A DNA stretch of 64,000 bases from Desulfurivibrio sp. (GCA_003605035.1 QZKJ01000007.1:41560-105559), one strand, 5' to 3'. Shown: positions 10,038 to 20,367, counted from the stretch's first letter. Numbers and translations are program-made. Notes: generated by a model from the sequence alone, not told the origin.

Positions 10038-12445
10038 ATCAGTTTCTCTATCACCTGCAGGAGATTGCTCTGGTCAAAATTGCTCTTGACAATATAGGCA
10101 TTTGCTCCTACCTGGATGCCCCGTTCCCGGTCCTGGTCGGTGGCGAGGCTGGTGCAGAGAATCAAGGGGATATTGGCCAGGGTCTCATCGGCCCTGATTT
10201 TTTCCGTCAGTTCAAATCCGTTCATGCGAGGCATTTCCACATCTGATAAAACGAGATCAATATCGTTTGTTTTGAGTTTCGTGTAGCCGTCGAGACCATC
10301 AACCGCGGTGGTAACCACATAGCCTGATGCCTCCAGAATACTTTTCAGCAGGGTGCGCGAGGTGATGGAATCTTCCACCACCAGGATTGACTTCGGTTTC
10401 TGTTCCTCCTGCTTTGTCCGCGGCCCGGCAAATCTCTCTCCGGCGGTGCCTACGGCGGATTTGAGCAGATCATGGACATTGAGAATGGGCACCACCCGGC
10501 CTGTGCCGAGAATGGTGGCGCCGGCGATATTTTTTACCCGGAGGAGCTGTTTGCCCAGCTCTTTGAACAGCACCTCCTGCTCAGCCAGCACCTCGTCAAC
10601 CTCAAAGCCAATTCGTCTCTTGGAGGTGCCAAGCACCATCACCTGGATTTTATTTGATTCCTTGCGGATGCCCGGTTTTTTCAGCTGCAGGGTGTCGGCC
10701 AGCGCCACCAGGGACAGGGGCTCCCCGTCATAGGTGATGGTGGCCTTGTTCTCCACGGTCCGGATGGAGCCGACATTCACATGCAGCACCGCGACCAGGT
10801 GCGAACTGGGGGCCAGAAAGGGCTGTCCGGCAACCTGCACCAGGGTGCCCCGGAAGGTTGCCAGGGACAGGGGAAGGTAGACGGTGAATGAGGAGCCTTT
10901 TTTCGGGATGCTGGCAAAATCAAGCTGGCCGCCCAGTTTTTCCACCCGCTCCAGAAAAATGGCCATGCCGAGCCCCCGGCCGGAAATCTGGGAAAGGCTG
11001 GAGGCGGTTGACATGCCTGAGTGAAAAATAAGGCCCTGGGCCTCTTTTTCCGTCAGCCTTGCCGCATCCTCGACAGAGATCAGGCCTCTTTTCACTGCCG
11101 AGTTGCGCACCATGTCCGGATCAATGCCGTTACCGTCATCGCCCAGGGTTATCTCCACCTTGCCCCCCTCGACCTGATCGATATGCAGGAAGATGCGGCC
11201 CCGTTCCGGCTTGTTCAGCATCCGGCGTTCCTCGGGTTTTTCCACGCCGTGATCCACGCAGTTGCGCAGCAGATGCACCAGCGGATCCTTGAGCTCCTCC
11301 AGGATACGCCGGTCGATTTCCACCTCCGCGCCTTTCAGATCCAGATCAATTTCCTTGCCCTGACTTCTGCCCAGTTCTCTTACCATGCGGGGAAAGGGGG
11401 CAAAGAGCGTGGTGCAGGGCAGCATGATGACCCGTTTCATATCCTCCAGAAAATAGGTGATCTTCCTGTCGAGAAAACGCTGGTTCAGCTCAGCGGTTTT
11501 CGTCAGCACGCGGATGTCCTTGTGCATCGAAGTGATGAATTCCTTGTTCCAGTCGAGAAATTTCTGGATTTCCTCACTCCTGGTATCGCCCTGTTCCTTC
11601 TCGACTGCCAGCTCTTTCCGGTATCGCCTGAGCAGGGAATCCTTGCGCAGCCATTTCTTATGCCAGCTTTCAAAGCTTTGACAGAGCTTTTTCAGTTCAT
11701 TCACTTCCTGGGAAATACTCAGTTTTACGGCGATCATCTCTTCGGCTTTCAGAAGCAGCTTGTCCAGCCGGTCGGTGGAAATCCTCACGCTGCTGCCTAA
11801 ATGGGGATTTTCCACCGCGGGTTTCGGTTTCTGCGGTGCTTTGTCAGGAGTTGGATGGTCTGGTACTTGGTCAGGAGCGGGAGGGGCAGCCTGCTCAGGC
11901 CTGGCGTCGGCATGCGCCGCTGCTTCCGGCGCCTGTTTGTCCGGCTGCTCGTGCAGCAGGGCGCTCATGGTATCCATGATCTGCCTGGCGGCATTATTGA
12001 GTGCCTGCGGGGCGGGCACGGAGGCCCTTGTCTTGCCCGGTCCTTTCTGCCCTTTGTGCAGATCTTCGAGCTGCTGCAGAACCGCGGAGAGCTCATCCTT
12101 ATCCGCGCTCTGCTGCTCGGTTGCCAGGATTTTTTCAATAAAGCTCACCACCTCATGCATGGTGTCAAAAACAGTGGTGGATGGGGTAATTTCTCCCCGT
12201 TTCATGGCGCCGAAGACGCCTTCCATGGTCTGGCTGATCGCCTCGATTTCCGTGAGATTGACGGCGCGGGCGGCCCCTTTCAGGCTGTGCGCCTCCCGGT
12301 AGATCACCTCAAGGATTTCCTGACACTGTTGGCCGTCATCAGTTTTTTCCAGCTCCATGAGCCGGGTGGAAAGGGATGCAAGCCGCTCCCCTGATTCCAT
12401 CTTGAATGCTTCCCTGAGTCTTCTGAGCAGTTCTTGTTCGTCCAT
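10034..12445 (-). CDS. cheA: Hybrid CheA-type histidine kinase (HPt, dimerisation, HATPase, CheW-like and C-terminal REC domains)
   Basis: 803 aa. The HPt domain has REAHSLKGAARAV. The kinase has N and G boxes (HLLRNCVDHGVE, DDGNGID, GRGLGM). The C-terminal REC (LVVEDS...LSDVEMPRMNG) gives a WspE-like architecture. Confidence 0.93.
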   Translation of the reverse strand: MDEQELLRRLREAFKMESGERLASLSTRLMELEKTDDGQQCQEILEVIYREAHSLKGAARAVNLTEIEAISQTMEGVFGAMKRGEITPSTTVFDTMHEVVSFIEKILATEQQSADKDELSAVLQQLEDLHKGQKGPGKTRASVPAPQALNNAARQIMDTMSALLHEQPDKQAPEAAAHADARPEQAAPPAPDQVPDHPTPDKAPQKPKPAVENPHLGSSVRISTDRLDKLLLKAEEMIAVKLSISQEVNELKKLCQSFESWHKKWLRKDSLLRRYRKELAVEKEQGDTRSEEIQKFLDWNKEFITSMHKDIRVLTKTAELNQRFLDRKITYFLEDMKRVIMLPCTTLFAPFPRMVRELGRSQGKEIDLDLKGAEVEIDRRILEELKDPLVHLLRNCVDHGVEKPEERRMLNKPERGRIFLHIDQVEGGKVEITLGDDGNGIDPDMVRNSAVKRGLISVEDAARLTEKEAQGLIFHSGMSTASSLSQISGRGLGMAIFLERVEKLGGQLDFASIPKKGSSFTVYLPLSLATFRGTLVQVAGQPFLAPSSHLVAVLHVNVGSIRTVENKATITYDGEPLSLVALADTLQLKKPGIRKESNKIQVMVLGTSKRRIGFEVDEVLAEQEVLFKELGKQLLRVKNIAGATILGTGRVVPILNVHDLLKSAVGTAGERFAGPRTKQEEQKPKSILVVEDSITSRTLLKSILEASGYVVTTAVDGLDGYTKLKTNDIDLVLSDVEMPRMNGFELTEKIRADETLANIPLILCTSLATDQDRERGIQVGANAYIVKSNFDQSNLLQVIEKLI

Positions 12446-12489
12446 ATGCTTTCAGTCCGGTAGGCTGCGGATGGCAGGTTTATCGGCGG

Positions 12490-14532
12490 TCATACCGTAA
12501 ACCGTTCCGCAATCATTTTGAGACTGCGGGCAAGCTCATCAAGATCATGGGTGGCGTTTTCCAGCTGTTTGGTGCTGTCGACGTTCTGGGCCGTGGCGTC
12601 CTTGATGTTTTCCATGGCCAGCACCAGCTGATCCATGCCGACCAGCTGCTGATGGCTGGAGGCGTTGATCTGGCCGACGGTCTGGGAGGATTCGGCCATG
12701 GTGTTTTCAAGGGTGGCAATGGTCTCGCCGGCCTCAGCGGTCAGATTCATCCCCGCCTTCACCGCCTTGCTGCCCCGTTCCGTGGCCATTACCGCGGCAC
12801 TGGTTGCCTTCTGGATGTCATTGAGAATGGACCTCACCTGACTGGTTGCCTCTTTGGACTGTTCCGCCAGGCTTTTCACTTCCTGGGCGACCACGGCGAA
12901 TCCCTTGCCGTACTCCCCGGCCTTGGCCGCCTCGATGGCGGCGTTGACGGACAGCAGATTGGACTGGTCGGTGATATCGTTTACCGCGCCGATGATTTCG
13001 CCGATATTCTGGGTCTGTTCACTGAGGCGGATGATGCTGTCAGCCACATACTCCATTTCCTCATTAATCTTTTTCATGCCTTCCACCGCCTCTTCGGAGG
13101 CCCGCTTGCCGGCCGTCGATATCTGGCTGGCCTGGCTGGCCTGCTCGGCCACCTGCTTGGCCTTGGTGTCGGAGAGCTGCACCGTATGTCGCACCTCTTC
13201 CAGGGTGCTGCCCACCTCGACAATGGTGGTCGAAGTTTCCGTGGAGCTGGTGGCGAGCTGGGCCACCGACGAGGAAATTTCCGTGATGGAGGAGGCCAGG
13301 CGGTTGGTGCCTTCCCGGATCTGCTCCACCTGGCCGCGCAGGGTGTCCACCATGTGATAGGTGGCATTCATCAGCATGCCCACCTCATCCTGCCGGGTGG
13401 TCCGCTCAACGGAGACGGTCAGATCACCTTTTGAAACGCGGGAGAATATGTCTGACATGTGGGCCAGCGGTTTGACGATGGTCTTGGCAATGTAAAAACC
13501 GACCAGGCTGGAAAGGGTAACCAGGCCCAGGGCCAGCCAGGCGGTTTTGATGGCCAGCTGTTTGATGGGGGCAAAGGCTTCGGCCTTGGAGATTTCCGAG
13601 ACGATGACCCAGTCAAAATTTGCCCCCAGCTGTTCGTTGAGGCCCAGATGACTGAAGCTGTTCAAGACATCTGTGCCTCGATAATTGGTAATGACCGTCT
13701 CGCCGTAATCATGCTGCAGGCCTCTGTTGACCGCCTCGGTTTTCACCATCTGCTGCAGAATCGTCGGATTGTCGGTCAGGCGGGAGTCGGAACGCATGAG
13801 ATGATCCTGGCCTACCAGATAGGTTTCACCGGTATTGCCCATGCCGGTTTTTTCCTGCATGATCTGATTGATCTGCTCGGTGTTGAGCTGCAGGGCAAGA
13901 ACCGCGGATAATGCTCCGGATTCATTAAAGACCGGCGTGCCGATGAAGATGGCGGCTTTGTTATTCAGCGGGGCATAGCGGGAAAAATCAACCAGCACGG
14001 TCTTTTTCTCGTTGATGACCCGGGACCAGAGTTCCCCGAGGCCCGAGTCATGCAGGGGACCAACCTTGAGATTGGTGCCGAGATCGCCCTTGCGCAATAC
14101 CGTATACATGACATGTCCATGGGCGGTACAGATGAAATACATGTCCGAGTAGCTGTAGGCGTTGAGATATTTACGGAAGTAGGGATCGATTTCCGTATAG
14201 ATCTGTTTGTATTCCTCTGTGCTGATGTCATAATCCCCGGTGGGGTCACCGCCGCCCGCGTCATGGTATTTCCTGAGCTTATCAAAAGAAGTAGTGATAT
14301 CGACTGACTGGGCCAGGATATTCAGATCGTTGCTTCTGCTCTGCAGATAATCCAGAATCTGCTTTCGCTTGATCTCATTGACCGCGGAAAGCTGCCTGAA
14401 GTAGTTTTTTTCCAGACAAATCTTGGAATAAGTGAAGGTCGTGGCAGCGACAACGCCGATGGCAAACATTGCCCCGGTGATATAAAAGAATATCATCTGC
14501 CGCATCAGGTTCACTTTGATCATCTGTCTCAT
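12490..14532 (-). CDS. Methyl-accepting chemotaxis protein (Cache-like periplasmic domain, HAMP, MA domain)
   Basis: 680 aa with two TM segments flanking a periplasmic region of about 280 aa. The signalling hairpin is conserved ([35 protein letters not shown]). Confidence 0.93.
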   Translation of the reverse strand: MRQMIKVNLMRQMIFFYITGAMFAIGVVAATTFTYSKICLEKNYFRQLSAVNEIKRKQILDYLQSRSNDLNILAQSVDITTSFDKLRKYHDAGGGDPTGDYDISTEEYKQIYTEIDPYFRKYLNAYSYSDMYFICTAHGHVMYTVLRKGDLGTNLKVGPLHDSGLGELWSRVINEKKTVLVDFSRYAPLNNKAAIFIGTPVFNESGALSAVLALQLNTEQINQIMQEKTGMGNTGETYLVGQDHLMRSDSRLTDNPTILQQMVKTEAVNRGLQHDYGETVITNYRGTDVLNSFSHLGLNEQLGANFDWVIVSEISKAEAFAPIKQLAIKTAWLALGLVTLSSLVGFYIAKTIVKPLAHMSDIFSRVSKGDLTVSVERTTRQDEVGMLMNATYHMVDTLRGQVEQIREGTNRLASSITEISSSVAQLATSSTETSTTIVEVGSTLEEVRHTVQLSDTKAKQVAEQASQASQISTAGKRASEEAVEGMKKINEEMEYVADSIIRLSEQTQNIGEIIGAVNDITDQSNLLSVNAAIEAAKAGEYGKGFAVVAQEVKSLAEQSKEATSQVRSILNDIQKATSAAVMATERGSKAVKAGMNLTAEAGETIATLENTMAESSQTVGQINASSHQQLVGMDQLVLAMENIKDATAQNVDSTKQLENATHDLDELARSLKMIAERFTV

Positions 14533-14556
14533 ACTTGCTTTTCCTCCTGATATTGA

Positions 14557-14605
14557 GGGGCCGTTACCTTAGCTTGCCCGCATTCCGTAAGGCCCCTTAT
14601 GCCGT
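14557..14605. repeat. Dispersed hairpin repeat, copy B (between cheW and the MCP gene)
   Basis: The sequence is GGGGCCGTTACC...CCGTAAGGCCCCTTATGCCGT. It forms a 10-bp stem with one bulge (14557-14567 pairing with 14587-14596). Confidence 0.75.
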
Positions 14606-14717
14606 TCACAGTGTTGGGATGTTCAGTTATTTTTACAAGGTCTTTTTCCGCAGTGCTCAGCACGCTTTTCATGGCTTTTGCCGGGATTTCCGGATGGCAG
14701 CCTCTCTAAAGGCCTGT

Positions 14718-15236
14718 TCAGACGACTTCTTCATTGACAATCAGCCGGGTATCGGCCAGCAGTTTTGCTCCATCGAGGATCACCAGGCGCTCCCTGCTTA
14801 CCCCTTTCAGGAAATCGGCCCTGATGCCGGTAAGGGTGGGAAGCGTGGGCATGATCTCTTTTTTGGCAATGGTATCGATGCCGATAATCGCATCGGCCAG
14901 GATGCCGAATTCCATATTCTTTGACTGCAGGATAATCACACTGGTGCTGTCGGTTAATTCCTGGCTTTGCATCTCAAAAAAGATGCGCAGATCGATCACG
15001 GAAACGATCTGGCCCCGGACATTGATGATGCCCTGCACAAAGGACGGGACGCCCGGTATCGGGGTGAGGCCCCGCAGAGGGTAGACTTCCAGGATAAGAT
15101 CAAGCTCCAGCCCGTAGATTTCCCCTCCCAGCTGGAATTCGACAATTTTCAGGACATCGTTTTCCCGCTCCATGTCCTGCAACGGTCTGGCCAGTTCCCT
15201 GGCCCGTTTCCGGAGGATGTCAAGTTGATCGTTCAT
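14718..15236 (-). CDS. cheW: CheW-like coupling protein
   Basis: 172 aa single CheW domain (GEIYGLELDLILEV...PGVPSFVQGIINVRGQIVSVIDL). Confidence 0.9.
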   Translation of the reverse strand: MNDQLDILRKRARELARPLQDMERENDVLKIVEFQLGGEIYGLELDLILEVYPLRGLTPIPGVPSFVQGIINVRGQIVSVIDLRIFFEMQSQELTDSTSVIILQSKNMEFGILADAIIGIDTIAKKEIMPTLPTLTGIRADFLKGVSRERLVILDGAKLLADTRLIVNEEVV

Positions 15237-15241
15237 GTCCG

Positions 15242-16807
15242 TCAGTCACCTATCCGTGCCAGCATTGACTGGGCAGTTTCCCGCAAGCGGCCGACCGTCA
15301 GTCCGTCGGAACCGGCAAGCACCTCATCAGCCGGGAGCGAACTCAGCAGCGAGAGGGTATTTTTGAGATATTTTCTTGCCTCTGCCTGATCGGTTACCAG
15401 GCTGGCCAACTGAAAGTGGGCCAGCACAAAGTCGTGCTCGAGATAGAGAGATTGCTTGAGCAGTCTTATCGCCTGCAGCTTTTCCCCCTGTTCCTGGCAG
15501 ACCGTGGCGAGGAAATAGTAATAGCCGGTATTGAGCCTGTCCAGGGCGATTACCTGTTCGCCAAGGTTTCTGGCTTCGGTCAGATTGCCCTGATTGGCAT
15601 GCGTTTTGGCCAACAGGGCCAGCGCCTTGGTTTTGAAACAACAGATATTCTGCAGCTCGTTGCTCTCCAACAGTTCCAACAGTTCCAGCAGTTTTATTCT
15701 GGCATCTTCATAGCATCTGTCCTGAAAGAGTTTATCGGCTGCCTGATACTGAGCCATGAGAGAATCGTTCTTGCCCGCTTCAGCCGGATCTTTCTTCTCA
15801 GGCTCAGCCGCCGGCCGAGGCTGTTGGCCTTGTTCAGGCTGAGTCAGCGCCGCGGGAGCCGGTCTCTGGTTTTGCTGCGGCCTGAACGTCCTGCCGGAAG
15901 ACGGCGGGAAATATTTCCCGGGCCGGTCGGTAGGCAGGGCGGCGCCCTGTTTGCGGAATACATGCACCCCATCCACCAGTTCGCCATTGAGCCCGGGATG
16001 GGTGATGAAACCTATCTCGCTTGCGGAAAGCAGCAGCCAGCCGTTCGGGTGCAGCGCCATAAAGAGACGATTGATGACGCGTTGCCGCAGTTTGGCGGGA
16101 AAGTACATGAGAACATTGCGGCAGAAGATGATATCAACACCCTGGGTATGATTCAGGCCGGAAGGATAATTGTTGCCCGCCAGATTGAGCTGGAGGAAGG
16201 TCACAGTTTTTTTCAGGGAGGGGGCGATGCTGTAGCAGTTGTCATTTTTTTTGTTGAAGTACTTGCTCACCAGCCAGGAGTTCATGTTGCGGAAAGACCA
16301 TTTGCTGTAGTCGCCCTGCTGGGCCTTGGCAATGAAGTTTTTGTTGATGTCCGTGGCCAGGATGGTTACCTCCCATTCCTCCAGAGTCGGGATCTGGGCC
16401 ACGGTCATGGCCATGGAATAGGGCTCTTCACCGGAAGAACAGGCCGCGCTCCACAGGGTTAATTGCCGGGCATTTCCCTTTTGGGCGGCCATTCTTTCAG
16501 GAATGATGGCCTGCCTCAGGAGGTTCCATACCTCCTGATCCCGGAAAAAGAAGGTTTCGCCAATGGTCAGATAGCAGGTCAGCAGATCTTCACGCCTCTG
16601 CTGATGGGGCAGATCAAGCAGCCATTGCACCGTGGCTCTGGCGTCGCCAAGGTTCAGATCACGACCCATGATCATGATCTTGCGCTGCAGTTCCGGCCAG
16701 CGGTTTTCCGGAAAATAGAGACCAATGCTTTTCCTGATCACCTCGTTAAGCAGTACCATCAGGGCACGTGGAATCTCGGTCTCTGTCTGTGAAAGAGCGT
16801 TATTCAT
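15242..16807 (-). CDS. cheR: CheR-type MCP methyltransferase with a C-terminal TPR region (WspC-like)
   Basis: The SAM-binding core includes LWSAACSSGEEPYS and DIIFCRNVLMYF. A Pro/Gln-rich linker and TPR-like repeats follow. I prefer the ATG at 16807 (MNNALSQTE...), which overlaps the upstream cheW stop by 8 nt. The track start at 16873 would overlap by 74 nt. Confidence 0.9.
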   Translation of the reverse strand: MNNALSQTETEIPRALMVLLNEVIRKSIGLYFPENRWPELQRKIMIMGRDLNLGDARATVQWLLDLPHQQRREDLLTCYLTIGETFFFRDQEVWNLLRQAIIPERMAAQKGNARQLTLWSAACSSGEEPYSMAMTVAQIPTLEEWEVTILATDINKNFIAKAQQGDYSKWSFRNMNSWLVSKYFNKKNDNCYSIAPSLKKTVTFLQLNLAGNNYPSGLNHTQGVDIIFCRNVLMYFPAKLRQRVINRLFMALHPNGWLLLSASEIGFITHPGLNGELVDGVHVFRKQGAALPTDRPGKYFPPSSGRTFRPQQNQRPAPAALTQPEQGQQPRPAAEPEKKDPAEAGKNDSLMAQYQAADKLFQDRCYEDARIKLLELLELLESNELQNICCFKTKALALLAKTHANQGNLTEARNLGEQVIALDRLNTGYYYFLATVCQEQGEKLQAIRLLKQSLYLEHDFVLAHFQLASLVTDQAEARKYLKNTLSLLSSLPADEVLAGSDGLTVGRLRETAQSMLARIGD

Positions 16808-17261
16808 GATCTGCAGCGACTTTTTCCATACAGATGAATTCCTGATCGTTAAAAAAACGGGCCATATCAACAATAATCACGCTGCTGTTATTGAACCTCC
16901 CCACCCCCTCAATATAGCGCTGCAGACCTGGATGGATCTCTTCCGCCTCATGGAATTTCAGATGATCAAACTGGACGATGCCTTCCACGCCGTTCACGAT
17001 AAAACTGACCAGCGCCCCGGCCTTGAAGAGGATGATCCGGTCATCGACTTCCATGGCGCGTTCCGGCAGGTGCCATTTTTTTCTGATATTGACCACCGGC
17101 AGGACGCGGCCCTCCACATTCAACAGGCCGATAATGGTTTCAGGGCCTTCGGGCAGAGGGATAACGGCCGCGGCGCGAATAATCTTTTCCACGTGCGAAA
17201 CAGCAACTCCATACAGCTGGTCGTCAATCTTGAAAATGCAATAACAACTGATCTGATCCAT
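16800..17261 (-). CDS. cheW: CheW-like coupling protein (first gene of the operon)
   Basis: 153 aa CheW domain (DDQLYGVAVSHVEKI...PETIIGLLNVEGRVLPVVNI). Confidence 0.88.
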   Translation of the reverse strand: MDQISCYCIFKIDDQLYGVAVSHVEKIIRAAAVIPLPEGPETIIGLLNVEGRVLPVVNIRKKWHLPERAMEVDDRIILFKAGALVSFIVNGVEGIVQFDHLKFHEAEEIHPGLQRYIEGVGRFNNSSVIIVDMARFFNDQEFICMEKVAADHE

Positions 17262-17483
17262 GGTTTTACTGAGAAAATTCTGGTTTTGGCCGGCAGCCCG
17301 TTACCAGAGTGAGAGGTTTTGCCGCGACAACATCCCTGCCGATAGTGTCAAGTCTGATTGGTACAATATCCATCAGGCAGCCGGGGAATTCCCCCTGGAC
17401 CATGAAGTTTTCTGCCGCGAAGAAGCGCATCAGGCGATTGCTGGCAGCAGCAGAGGTTGTGATATCAGGGAGGGGAGCAGGCA

Positions 17484-17681
17484 TCAACTTGGAAACCGCT
17501 GGTGATGGAAGAGGTTCTTCTGTTGGGATTGGCTGGCAGCGGCAGGATTTTTCCCTGGTCTGCCCTGGATGACCCCGGCATGCAGGCAGAGATGATCGCC
17601 TGCCAGGGGAACTTTATAATTCCCCTGGATTTCTGGCGCCTGCCCAGGGGCAGGCTGCATAAAATATCCGACATGACTCAT
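17484..17681 (-). CDS. Short hypothetical ORF upstream of the che operon (doubtful)
   Basis: 65 aa. The ATG is preceded by GGGGGA at 7-nt spacing. I see no recognisable family, and an overlapping ORF in another frame (17266..17487) follows it. See the related finding. Confidence 0.2.
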   Translation of the reverse strand: MSHVGYFMQPAPGQAPEIQGNYKVPLAGDHLCLHAGVIQGRPGKNPAAASQSQQKNLFHHQRFPS

Positions 17682-18126
17682 ATTATTTCCCCCAGCATGA
17701 AAGGTAGGAATCTTTTGTTGGCAAGCGTTGCAGGTATTACTACGGACTACTTAATTTACGCATTTAAAAAAAAATATGTCAATCACTGATGGAACATATT
17801 TGTAACGATACTAAGATAATAGCACCTTTTTTTTGTTAATTGCCGGGCAATGACAATCCGCGACAGCATATCCTGCTGAAAACAGGCGGAATATTCCTCC
17901 TGTTTTGCAGCGGGATGGCTCCATTTTCTGCAAAGCGGGGATGGCGGCGGGGGCAGTTATCGTGTGCCGCCCGCCGGTATGCTCAGATTGAAATTACCTT
18001 GCGGCATCGGGAGAGGCGGATCGACCGTTGATGCGCCGCGGCATGGGAAGAGAGGGCTTTCTGATTGAACGGTTGCCTGCCAGACGACGTGCCCTGGGTG
18101 GGGAAGCGATGCGGATTTCTTTCCCG

Positions 18127-18702
18127 TTATCGGGTGGTTTTGCTGTGAGCGGCGGCATCGGCGGATGGCGGCAGATATTTCGCCAGCATCTGCCAGGCAG
18201 CCTGGGAGTTCCAGTTCCTGGGGCCGATGATCTTCTCCCGTAAGATTCCCTGGGAATCGATAATAAAGGTCTCCGGCACCCCGGTAATGCCAAACTGTTT
18301 GGCTGCCCTGGCCTCGGGATCCGTGAGAATCGGGAAGGTGAGACCCATCTTGCCCGCGAGCATCCGGGCAAGCTCCGGATTATCATTGCTTAAGATGGTC
18401 AGCATCTGGAACCTGCCCCGGTCCATGCCCCGGTGGAGCGCTTCCATGGAAGGCAATTCCTCCTGGCAGGGAGGGCACCAGGTCGCCCAGAAATTAATAA
18501 AAACCAGCTTGCCGCGCAGGTCGGCAAGCCGCCACCGTTGACCCTGGATATCGGTCAAGGTGATATCAGGGGCAAGACTGTTGACGGTGGCTTTTGCCGG
18601 ATATTTTTCTTTTTCCTGTCCGCAGCCCGCCACCAGCATAGTGATCAGTACAAGCAGAACAGCGGAAAGGAAGGCGGATGCATATTTCATTTTCCAGCTC
18701 AT
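18127..18702 (-). CDS. TlpA/ResA-like periplasmic thiol:disulfide oxidoreductase, probable lipoprotein
   Basis: The thioredoxin fold carries WATWCPPCQEELP. A lipobox (LVAGC) follows the signal sequence. I place the start at ATG 18702, where AAGGAAG lies 9 nt upstream. The track start at 18711 is a TTG. Confidence 0.88.
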   Translation of the reverse strand: MSWKMKYASAFLSAVLLVLITMLVAGCGQEKEKYPAKATVNSLAPDITLTDIQGQRWRLADLRGKLVFINFWATWCPPCQEELPSMEALHRGMDRGRFQMLTILSNDNPELARMLAGKMGLTFPILTDPEARAAKQFGITGVPETFIIDSQGILREKIIGPRNWNSQAAWQMLAKYLPPSADAAAHSKTTR

Positions 18703-19266
18703 GGTCGGCAACTTCCTTGCGGGTAAATTTTATCTCCGGACTTTTTCAGCATTATACTACGCCGCCTGCGCAAGAAAAATAAGTAAAATCTCGGGAAAAT
18801 CGATCCGGCCGCGGATTTGCGCCCGGTAATTTTCGAAAAACCGGAAAAGAGGCGTCGCGGCTGATTATGCCTGATCACTGTATCATAATGGAAAGTTCTA
18901 TAATAACAAATAATTATAATTTTTCACAACTTTTTTTCACAATTTTTTTTTCTGTAAGCTTCCTGTAAGATTTTACCTGTCATATTCAATGATCTCTAAG
19001 ACCGTATAATGCTGACCCGTATGCCAGGGAAAGGACAGTATTCTGCTCGGTCACAAAGGATTGTAAAAGGTTTCAGCGAAAAGGGAAACGGAGATTCCCG
19101 GGAAACGGGGTGAAATGCTGAAACAGAATGAAAAGGATCCTCAATTTACAAGTTCAACATATTGGCAAGGAGGTGGAAACAGGATGGGGGCGTCCCGGTA
19201 ATAAAAGGAAATAAGCCTGACGATACATTCGTGTCAAAAGATGATGAAATGAAAAGGAGAAAATGA

Positions 19267-20367
19267 ATGATGAGAAAAGATACATTGAAAACATCCGTGT
19301 TTGCCGTTGCTTCCAGCGGTCTGCTGTTCCTGTCGGTTGCATCATTTGATGCAGCGGCTGAACCGCCGATCGAACCTGATGAAGAGGAGTCAAATTTTCT
19401 TTCCGTACCGGCCATTTTCGCCGAAGGCTATGGCTTGTCCGGCTTGCAGATCGTTGAAGAGCATGACACCGGTTTGCCGGAAGGTTCTGACCCCGACACC
19501 TGGGGGCTACCATATTGCTCTGAGGGGGGGGCGACGCAGTACTATCTTCAGGGGAGCTATCTTGAGGAGGGCGACCCCACCAGCTGGCAAGCACAATGGG
19601 CTGTCGCCGCTGCCTCAGAGAAGGTGTCCGTGACAGTGGACTGGTCCAAGGAGGTTATTGAGAAAGAATGGAACGACAAGTCAGTCATTCCGGTAAGTGT
19701 TACTTTGTATACGGGGAACGAGGGGAACTTGAAGGGATATGAAATGAAAGATTTTATCCTGGATACTGATACTGCTGAATGTGTTTTTGACCCGGAAGTA
19801 GAAGAGGACAGTGATGACGTAAAATGGGGAACTACCCCCGAAGCTTATGGCGATTATTACGACAGGGCGACTGTTTTTACCGTGGGGGCCAAGCTTACCA
19901 TTCAGAAATATGAAGAGAAAGTAAACGGGGATGGAACAGTTGAACTCGTCCCATTTGTTGATGAGGACGGTGAGCCAGTAATCGTTCTCGGTGACGATTA
20001 TGGCGAGGTCACCGCGAGCTTTGATAATCTGGGAAAACCTGAATGGCTCGCACCTGCCATTGATGTTGAGGGCAGGATAACCTATCTGTTCAACTGGAAT
20101 CTGGCGGCAAAGCAGTTTGGTCCTAATGTGGATAGATCAGGGTGGTACCGTCTGACTTTCAGTATCGTTAATCCGGTAACATACACACTCTCTAATGGAT
20201 ATAGTGTCGAAGATAGAGGTACTTACGAAAATATCAGTACTAATGTAATCCTTGCCGGGGTTGATGCATCAGATACCGGTGAAGACGTTGTATATGAACC
20301 GACGGTTGATATTACCAATCAGTCGACATCAGTGGATATTCATATTAGCAATGTCATGGGGGAATAA
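19267..20367 (+). CDS. Secreted acidic protein of unknown function
   Basis: 366 aa. AAGGAGA lies 7-8 nt upstream of the ATG. The signal peptide is MMRKDTLKTSVFAVASSGLLFLSVASFDAAA. The protein is very D/E-rich, and I recognise no family. Confidence 0.75.
   Translation: MMRKDTLKTSVFAVASSGLLFLSVASFDAAAEPPIEPDEEESNFLSVPAIFAEGYGLSGLQIVEEHDTGLPEGSDPDTWGLPYCSEGGATQYYLQGSYLEEGDPTSWQAQWAVAAASEKVSVTVDWSKEVIEKEWNDKSVIPVSVTLYTGNEGNLKGYEMKDFILDTDTAECVFDPEVEEDSDDVKWGTTPEAYGDYYDRATVFTVGAKLTIQKYEEKVNGDGTVELVPFVDEDGEPVIVLGDDYGEVTASFDNLGKPEWLAPAIDVEGRITYLFNWNLAAKQFGPNVDRSGWYRLTFSIVNPVTYTLSNGYSVEDRGTYENISTNVILAGVDASDTGEDVVYEPTVDITNQSTSVDIHISNVMGE

Noticed and set aside
19020-19266. A c-di-GMP riboswitch (GEMM-I/II) in the leader of the unknown secreted-protein genes.
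   Set aside because: The GGGAAAC/GNRA-like loops are suggestive, but the GEMM-I hallmark ACGCAAAGC is absent. I cannot reconstruct the GEMM-II pseudoknot either. The region is kept only as an unclassified GGA-rich leader.
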